DNA of 64,000 nucleotides from Pseudovirgaria hyperparasitica (Eukaryota): NCBI GenBank assembly GCA_010093815.1, contig ML996593.1; one strand, 5' to 3'. Shown piece by piece: positions 63,957 to 64,000 of this stretch (position 1 is its first letter; each line of letters starts with the position of its first letter). The notes under the pieces were generated by a model. It saw only the letters and a program-made list of their open reading frames with translations, ran no database searches and was not told where the DNA came from. The position numbers and the translations under genes were made by a program.

Positions 63957-64000
63957 CTATATGATGGTCAGTAACTAGTCAAAACCGGATAAAAAACAAA

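Overview
Intron-containing eukaryotic DNA from a filamentous ascomycete (Pezizomycotina; GT-AG introns with CTRAY branch sites, TA-rich RIP-like islands). About 21 genes can be read. Housekeeping-type genes: CaCA-family Ca2+/cation exchanger, Moco sulfurase, Shr3, DGA1, PEX1, MCM7, mitochondrial bL34 and the 3' end of STE24. Accessory genes: PL1 pectate lyase, an HsbA/Mp1-like GPI wall protein and a cytochrome P450. The strongest candidate for a new system is a compact fungal RiPP (dikaritin-type) locus at about 14.7-21.0 kb. It has a secreted Kex2-type precursor with four 40-aa repeats whose core I do not recognise, plus three DUF3328/UstYa-family HxxHC oxidases in two divergent pairs. A second candidate, at 51.4-61.4 kb, is two DUF2235 (Tle1-like) hydrolases divergent from a fatty-acid dioxygenase-P450 fusion that lacks the heme Cys. 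Also seen: a 652-bp hAT-like element with an 8-bp TSD interrupting the HsbA-like gene, two copies of another MITE family, and a probable AT-AC intron in the P450. All gene models were assembled by eye from the sequence and ORF track. Family assignments come from recognised motifs, not database searches.
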